64,000 nt of DNA, from positions 23,108 through 87,107 of the forward strand of contig JACPCJ010000114.1 in NCBI GenBank assembly GCA_016179865.1, written 5' to 3'. This document shows positions 58,889 to 64,000 of this stretch, one piece after another. Within the stretch, counting starts at the first letter, position 1. Every line of letters begins with the position of its first letter. Below the pieces are notes generated by a model. That model did no database searches, was not told the DNA's origin, and saw nothing but the letters and a program-made list of their open reading frames with translations. This DNA is from Actinomycetota bacterium. GTDB taxonomy: Bacteria > Actinomycetota > Acidimicrobiia > IMCC26256 > JACPCJ01. The position numbers were made by a program, and so were the translations under genes.

Positions 58889-59128
58889 ATGGCGAAAGGC
58901 GAGATCTCAGTCGATGAGCGAGGTCGGACGAGCCTCGCACGGGTTCGGACGCAACGGTTCGATCGCTACCAGGTCGAGGAATTCCCGGACGGGACCCTTG
59001 TGCTCACCCCTGCGGTGACAATCAGCGCGGTCGAGCTGGCAGCGCTCAAGGACAAGAAGGTTCGGTCCGCCATCGCCCAAGCAAAGACCGGCGACCGAAG
59101 CGCATTGCGCCAACGTCCGCGGCGCTGA
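58889..59128 (+). CDS. AbrB/SpoVT-type antitoxin-like protein, no adjacent toxin
   Basis: GEISVDERGRTSLARV...YQVEEFPDGTLVLTPAV. RBS GAAGGTGAGG upstream. Confidence 0.7.
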   Translation: MAKGEISVDERGRTSLARVRTQRFDRYQVEEFPDGTLVLTPAVTISAVELAALKDKKVRSAIAQAKTGDRSALRQRPRR

Positions 59129-59243
59129 GGCCGCGCCCGGGTCAGTCCCGCGCCCGATGGGATCCAGGGCGCGAAGGGCGGAGATGATTCGGCCGTCTTG
59201 TCCTTAAAACCCCCTCAGTCGGCGGATTTCGGTGCCGAGGGAC

Positions 59244-59271
59244 TTGTATGTGGGTACGCCGTGCGTACAAT
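59244..59271 (+). promoter_or_regulatory. Candidate tacAT promoter (TTGTAT, 16-nt spacer, TACAAT)
   Basis: Hexamers at 59244-59249 and 59266-59271, with GTAC repeats between them. Confidence 0.4.
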
Positions 59272-59299
59272 TCCTCGCGACAGACCGAGGAGTGGCGAC

Positions 59300-59590
59300 A
59301 TGCAGATGGCAGAGCGCGGGGTGACGAAGACAGAGCGATTGGGCCTGCGCACGACCGAGCGCCAGCATGCGCTCCTTCAAGCGGCAAGTGCGGCTGAGGG
59401 AACGTCCATGACCGAGTTTGTTCTGCGGCACGCCACCCGCGCCGCCGAGGAACTTCTCGCCGACCGCCGGACGTTCTTGCTCGGCGACGCACAATGGGAA
59501 GCGTTCATGGCCGCGCTGGCTCGGCCCGCCAAGGAACGTCCCGCGCTCAAGAAGCTGCTGCAGGCGCCCACCATTCTCGACGCTGATTGA
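59300..59590 (+). CDS. tacA: DUF1778 (TacA-type RHH) antitoxin
   Basis: ERLGLRTTERQHALLQAASAAEGTSMTEFVLRHA...LGDAQWEAFMAAL. Confidence 0.85.
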   Translation: MQMAERGVTKTERLGLRTTERQHALLQAASAAEGTSMTEFVLRHATRAAEELLADRRTFLLGDAQWEAFMAALARPAKERPALKKLLQAPTILDAD

Positions 59591-60102
59591 GTTCGCGATT
59601 CAGCGACGTCGAGTTGCTCACCGCTCAGCACCGGCTCGCGGAGTTCGACTGCGGGAGTGACGCCCAGACGATCTGGTTGCGGCGATACGCCTTCCAAGCG
59701 CACCAGTCCGGGACGAGTCGCGTTCATGTGGTCCGCCGGCTTGAGGACGATGCGACGGTCGGGTACCACGCGTTGGCGGCGGGAGCGGTGCTGCAGGAAT
59801 CAGCGACTGCTCGTGTCGTGAAGGGCGCCGGAGACCACCCCATCCCCGTGGTCATCCTGACCCGCCTCGGGGTCGACGTTGAAGAGCAGGGAAAGGGCCT
59901 CGGCGTAGCGCTTCTCGTTGACGCCCTCCGGCGCGTCGACGCGGCCGCCGACGAAATCGGCGTCCGCGCCCTGCTGATTCATTGCGAAGACGAGCGAGCG
60001 AAGTCGTTCTACGTTCACGTCGCCCAGTTCGAAGAGAGTCCGACCGATCCGCTCCACCTGATGCTTCTGGTGAAGGACCTGCGAAAGGTCCTGGGCCAGT
60101 GA
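59587..60102 (+). CDS. tacT: GNAT-family acetyltransferase toxin (TacT-type)
   Basis: FDCGSDAQTIWLRRYA..., VVILTRLGVDVEEQGKGLGVALLVDAL. TTG start overlaps the tacA stop (TTGA). Confidence 0.82.
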   Translation: MSSRFSDVELLTAQHRLAEFDCGSDAQTIWLRRYAFQAHQSGTSRVHVVRRLEDDATVGYHALAAGAVLQESATARVVKGAGDHPIPVVILTRLGVDVEEQGKGLGVALLVDALRRVDAAADEIGVRALLIHCEDERAKSFYVHVAQFEESPTDPLHLMLLVKDLRKVLGQ

Positions 60103-60195
60103 GGCGCTGACACGAAGACCACCGGTCACGAAACCCCCGGAGGTGCCATTGAGTCCAGTGTATATATCTGAATCTACCGGTATATACTGACGACC

Positions 60196-60390
60196 GTGGC
60201 CAAACATCTGGTGGACATCGACGAAGAAGCGCTCGCGGCTGCGAAGGCCGAGCTCGGGACTCGCACGCTCCGCGACACCGTGAACGAGGCGCTCCGGATG
60301 GCCGGCGCCACGCGGGTCCCCAGGGTTACCGAGGCCATCGACGTGCTTGCCGAGCACCGTCTGCGTGATCGGGAAGAAGCGTGGCGCTGA
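60196..60390 (+). CDS. vapB: VapB-family antitoxin
   Basis: HLVDIDEEALAAAKAELGTRTLRDTVNEALRM. TATACT at 60183-60188 suggests a leaderless transcript. Confidence 0.8.
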   Translation: MAKHLVDIDEEALAAAKAELGTRTLRDTVNEALRMAGATRVPRVTEAIDVLAEHRLRDREEAWR

Positions 60391-60794
60391 CCCACGTCGT
60401 CGATACGAGCGTTCTGACCCGGCTGAGTGTGAAGTCGGTACGGGCCGTCGTCGAGCCCCTTGCGCACCTGGGGAAGGCCGCTCGGGTCGGGCTGTCCGAC
60501 CTGGAGGTCGGCTTCTCGGCCCGAAACGAGCGGGAGTGGGACGCAATCGTCGGGTCCCTCGATGTGTTCGAACTGATCGAGACGGAAGGCGCCCACGTCG
60601 AGCGAGCCCGCCAGGTCCAGCGACTGTTGGCCGCCCGCGGAAAGCGCGGCCGCAAGGTCCCCGACCTGCTGATCGCTGCCGCTGCCGAACAGGCCGGGTT
60701 GACCGTGCTGCACTACGACGGTGACTTCGATCTGATCAGTGGCGTCACCGGCCAGCCCTGCGAGTGGGTTGTCCAGAAGGGCTCGATCGACTGA
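60381..60794 (+). CDS. vapC: PIN-domain ribonuclease toxin VapC
   Basis: HVVDTSVLTRL, KVPDLLIAAAAEQAGLTVLHYDGDFDLI. Confidence 0.85.
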   Translation: MALTHVVDTSVLTRLSVKSVRAVVEPLAHLGKAARVGLSDLEVGFSARNEREWDAIVGSLDVFELIETEGAHVERARQVQRLLAARGKRGRKVPDLLIAAAAEQAGLTVLHYDGDFDLISGVTGQPCEWVVQKGSID

Positions 60795-60813
60795 TCCGCT
60801 AGGGGGCGGGCGT

Positions 60814-61278
60814 CTACTTCTTCTTCCCGCCGGCCGCGCCGGTGCCGATGCCTCCCGTGTTCTCGGGCTGTGAGATTTGGGAGATCGGCTTCGATGCCTC
60901 GTAGCCGCCCCGCTTCGCGGACGTCCCGCCCTGTCGTCGCGTTCCTGATCCGTTCCGGACTGGCTTCGCCACCGCGGCCTCCTGCGGTCGAAGCTCGAGG
61001 CCCAAGGCTTGGGCGAGTGCCACCAGCGTGTTGAGGGTGGGGTTCGGAGTCTCGGCGGAGAACAGCCGACGCACGGCCTCTGGTTTCACTCCCGCCCGAC
61101 GAGCGAGCTCAGCCTTGGTGAAGCTCAACGCCGTGCGGCGCTCATCGAGGGCGCGAATGACGGCGTCGACCTGAGCGATTCGAGCCCGAGCCTCGTGGTA
61201 ATGCCTCCTGTAGTCGGCGTCCGTGAGGCGCTCAGCGAAATAGCGCTCTGCCCCCGTGCGTGCTCTTGCCACGGGCAC
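60814..61278 (-). CDS. XRE-family HTH antitoxin-like protein (HigA-like) with Gly/Lys-rich tail
   Basis: ERYFAERLTDADYRRHYHEARARIAQVDAVIRALDERRTALSFTKAELARRAGVKPEAVRRLFS...NPTLNTLVALAQALG. GTG 61278 or 61272. The upstream 170 codons of the ORF are not convincing. Confidence 0.75.
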   Translation of the reverse strand: MPVARARTGAERYFAERLTDADYRRHYHEARARIAQVDAVIRALDERRTALSFTKAELARRAGVKPEAVRRLFSAETPNPTLNTLVALAQALGLELRPQEAAVAKPVRNGSGTRRQGGTSAKRGGYEASKPISQISQPENTGGIGTGAAGGKKK

Positions 61279-61687
61279 GACGATATCCGTAACGCATGTG
61301 TTACGCCTACCCCCTACTTTCCGATCACGATCTCCGCGACTGTTCCCGTCGCTTCGGCCTGCATGCCGGGGAGGACGTGTTGATCGGCACCCGGCTGGAG
61401 CGTTTCCCCCGGCCGCCAGGGGATTGCAGCAAGTCCGGTTTGCGAGAACACCCGTGTTGTCCCCGACATCTACCAGATCTTGTAACGGACTCGCGCCGGT
61501 GGCGTCGGTCGCGTGCAGAGCGATCGTTACGAGAACGGTTTTCACGTCACCTGGGTCGCGGCAAGCAGCCGCTCCGGCTTCGTTGTCGTACCCGGTCCGT
61601 ATGCTTCGGCGATGAGGTACGTCGTGATACGCGCGCGTTGGAGTGCGGCGTGCGAGCCTTGTGGATGATGAGAGGGAGGAGACCGCG

Positions 61688-62230
61688 ATGACGGTCACGT
61701 ATGACGAGACGAAGTTCGCCGAGATGCTCCTGTTCGCGGCGCGGCTCCTGGAGGACGACCACGCCGGGGGCGCGACCAAGCTCAACAAGCTGCTGTTCTT
61801 CGCCGAGTTCGCGCATGTCCGTCAGACCGGTGAGCCGATCACGGGTGCCGAGTATCAGAAGCTCGAATGGGGCCCTGCTCCACGCCGCCTGCTACCGGTC
61901 CGCGACCAGCTCGTCCGAGACGGGGACGCCGAACTCGTCGAGGAAGTCAATGCCTTCGGCTACGCCCAGGACCGGTTCCGGGCGCTCCGCGAGCCGAGGC
62001 TTGATCTGTTCAGTGCCGACGAACTGGAGACAATTCGAAAGGTCGCCGACGAGCTGCGCGGGATGAACGCCGCGCAGGTCAGCGCCCTGTCGCATGAGGA
62101 GCTCGGCTGGCAGATGGTCGACGACGGCGAGACGATCCCGTATTCGTCCGCCTACCTCCGTGAGCCAGAGATCACGCCAGCCGTCCGAGAACACGCGCGC
62201 CGTCTGGTGAAGGAGCTCGGCCGGGCGTAG
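61688..62230 (+). CDS. Panacea / DUF4065 (SocA-like) antitoxin-domain protein
   Basis: KFAEMLLFAARLLEDDHAGGATKLNKLLFFAEFAHVRQTGEPITGAEYQKLEWGPAP. RBS GAGGGAGGAG upstream. Confidence 0.8.
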   Translation: MTVTYDETKFAEMLLFAARLLEDDHAGGATKLNKLLFFAEFAHVRQTGEPITGAEYQKLEWGPAPRRLLPVRDQLVRDGDAELVEEVNAFGYAQDRFRALREPRLDLFSADELETIRKVADELRGMNAAQVSALSHEELGWQMVDDGETIPYSSAYLREPEITPAVREHARRLVKELGRA

Positions 62231-62233
62231 CTG

Positions 62234-62569
62234 GTGCCCCACCGACGTGAAGTAACACGCTCGGAGACGCTCCTCGAGCATGCCCGAGAACGATTTCCTC
62301 CGGGCGGAGATCCCGAGGGCCGGGCGAGCTTCGAGTTGTTCGAGGAGCGTCCGCTCCGAGCCGTGGAGGACAGGCTCGCCCGTGATTTCGAGGGTTGCCC
62401 CGAGGCTGAGCCCGGCATGCCGGTACGGATCGTCGCGACCGCGCACGTTCCGCTCTTCCCCGCGATGACCTTCTACGCGGTGCTGATCGCAGACGGCACC
62501 GTGGAGATCCTCGACTTCACGATCGATGAGGAGTATTTCGACCTCATCGGCGGTGATCCGACTGACTGA
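62234..62569 (+). CDS. Uncharacterised 111-aa protein, candidate toxin partner of the Panacea antitoxin
   Basis: GTG start 3 nt after the Panacea stop. The C-terminal PLFPAMTFYAVLIADGTVEILDFTIDEEY has a RelE/ParE-like feel, but no motif was recognised. Confidence 0.55.
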   Translation: MPHRREVTRSETLLEHARERFPPGGDPEGRASFELFEERPLRAVEDRLARDFEGCPEAEPGMPVRIVATAHVPLFPAMTFYAVLIADGTVEILDFTIDEEYFDLIGGDPTD

Positions 62570-62970
62570 GCAAGTCTCGGTGCGCGCAGCGACCGCGAAA
62601 ACCTCGGCGTGGTCGAGGGCCTCGAGCGGAACTCGGCCCGCGCGAGAACACCTGGTTATGAGGGGGCCGGCGCGAGCAACAAGAGGACGAGGGTCTCGAC
62701 CGCTCGCTTTGTCTTCCCGTGGAGCACGCTTCAGTTGCGGTTCGTGATCAGTCCGGGTTCGTAGGGGCTTGCGAGGGCTATGCCGCCACGATCTCGCTCG
62801 CAGTTCAGGTGGCAGGATCGGGTCGCGTGGCGAGCACGGCCTCGCCGCCTCCGTCGCCGCGCTAGTCGCGGGTACCTTGCCCCTTTCCTGGGTGACGGGG
62901 TGGGTTTGCGGTGATCGCCTTCAGGGTCAAGGTCGAGACCGATGCGGTGGTGTGATTGACCGTACGGCAG

Positions 62971-63648
62971 TTATGCCGGAGTCTCGGCGTCCCCGCCGGG
63001 TGCAGGAAGAGTCGGTGGGAACGAACCGGCTCTGCCCGCCTCCCAGATCGCCCAGTCGAGTTCGTATGCAGGCATGCCGAGACGGACAGCGATCGCCTCG
63101 AGGGAATCGACGATCTCGCGATCTGAGAGCGGACGATCGAGCACCCCCTCGGCGAAGCGTCGCACGTGCACGTCCGGCTTGATCGTCTCGACGCCCTGAC
63201 GCATGACGAGCCATTGGTATACGGCCGGGCCGAGCCCCTTGACCTTCCCGGCGAAATCGCCTTCGAACGTGCTTGAACGGGCCCATGTGCGGAGGCCGTC
63301 GAGGTCGGTCACGGCGCACTCCCGGAAGTACGCCGTGAGCGCCCGCAGCATCCCCGCCCGCTTCCAATGTCGATTTCCCCACAGTTGCTGAGCCAGGGCG
63401 GTGTTGCCTTCGTTGGTGTCGGGATACGACGCCATGACCACTTCGAGATCGGCGCACGTTCGCACGGTGTCCCAACCGTTTGCCTTGAAGTGATTCAACG
63501 CGCGCACGACCGCCGTCGTGTGCATTTGAAAGTCCAGCACCGTCGCCATCAGCGCCATCACAAAGTCGTCGTCGAGATACACGCCCTCCGCCTTGGGCAG
63601 TGCACCGCACGCCAGGGCCAGGCGGTCGAGGGCCTCGTCGCTGATCAC
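62971..63648 (-). CDS. Hypothetical protein with helix-hairpin-helix (HhH-GPD-like) segment
   Basis: KVKGLGPAVYQWLVMRQGVETIKPDVHVRRF resembles the HhH + hV motif of the EndoIII/glycosylase fold. The rest is unrecognised. Confidence 0.7.
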   Translation of the reverse strand: MISDEALDRLALACGALPKAEGVYLDDDFVMALMATVLDFQMHTTAVVRALNHFKANGWDTVRTCADLEVVMASYPDTNEGNTALAQQLWGNRHWKRAGMLRALTAYFRECAVTDLDGLRTWARSSTFEGDFAGKVKGLGPAVYQWLVMRQGVETIKPDVHVRRFAEGVLDRPLSDREIVDSLEAIAVRLGMPAYELDWAIWEAGRAGSFPPTLPAPGGDAETPA

Positions 63649-63684
63649 ATCGCCAGTGTGTCGTATGGCTGTGACACTCGCCCG

Positions 63685-64000
63685 GTGGACCGGGCAAGCT
63701 GTGGCCCGGTGGCTATCGACATCGAACGGGAGCAGCGAGCCCGCCTTGCTGCTTTCAAGCGTCTCGAAGAACTCGAAGCGGTGTACGGCGACGTGCTGCC
63801 CGCCGCCGCCCTACGGCAGGGCTTCTTCTTCGAAGGCGAGTGGGTATCGCTCACCGCCCAACAAGGGATCTGGCGGCCCCGCAACCCCGTACGACTCGAA
63901 CTCCCGATCTCGATCCGCACGGCGGCCAGCGACCCGTACGGCGACGAGATGACCGACGCCGGCCTCTCCTACGCCTACCGCTGGCGCGGCCTGACCGAGG
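63685..64000 (+). CDS. HNH_2-type restriction-like endonuclease, N-terminal part (runs off window)
   Basis: LAAFKRLEELEAVYGDVLPAAALRQGFFFEGEWVSLTAQQGIWRPRNPVRLELPISIRTAASDPYGDEMTDAGLSYAYRWRG matches the N-terminal domain of this family. Candidate starts are GTG 63658, 63685 or 63709. It is absent from the ORF track because there is no stop in the window. Confidence 0.65.
   Translation, partial: MDRASCGPVAIDIEREQRARLAAFKRLEELEAVYGDVLPAAALRQGFFFEGEWVSLTAQQGIWRPRNPVRLELPISIRTAASDPYGDEMTDAGLSYAYRWRGLTE

Noticed and set aside
62769-63182. 137-aa plus-strand ORF
   Set aside because: It is Arg-rich and partly antisense to the better-supported 225-aa HhH protein gene, with no motif.

Overview
High-GC, actinobacterial-type chromosomal segment; the taxon is inferred only from composition and gene order. 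No rRNA, tRNA or CRISPR array was recognised.

(1) 1-15.3 kb is a conserved housekeeping block: prmC, tsaC, rpiB, glyA, wecA and a complete F1Fo ATP synthase operon (atpI-like x2, atpBEFHAGDC). A minus-strand, translationally coupled four-gene operon interrupts it: small protein, two Cas4-like Fe-S nuclease paralogs, thiolase-like enzyme.

(2) 15.4-54.7 kb holds mixed core and accessory genes:
- two class III cyclases, one fused to a YHS domain
- glpX, an acyl-CoA mutase large subunit, meaB and murA
- a run of alpha/beta hydrolases and peptidases
- a beta-propeller lipoprotein, LLM/NTF2 genes, fadD, SURF1 and lhr
- one frameshifted IS110-family transposase
- three paralogous AbiEi-HTH/DUF559 endonuclease genes, each bracketed by short repeat elements

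At least four families of 45-135 nt intergenic repeats recur in this region, mostly at gene ends.

(3) 54.7-64 kb, running past the window edge, is a dense toxin-antitoxin / defence-type island. It contains:
- wHTH-MNT convergent with a coiled-coil + HEPN operon
- XRE + DUF6036 nucleotidyltransferase
- mobile mystery proteins A/B, with B truncated
- a mosaic of gene fragments and an orphan AbrB antitoxin
- TacAT and VapBC
- a HigA-like XRE with an ORF-poor upstream region
- a Panacea (DUF4065) antitoxin with an uncharacterised downstream partner
- an HhH-like protein divergent from a partial HNH endonuclease

The best candidates for something undescribed are the repeat-bounded DUF559 units, the Panacea + unknown 111-aa pair, the MNT/HEPN/coiled-coil arrangement and the dual Cas4-like operon. 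All functional calls rest on motif recognition by eye. No database search was run.
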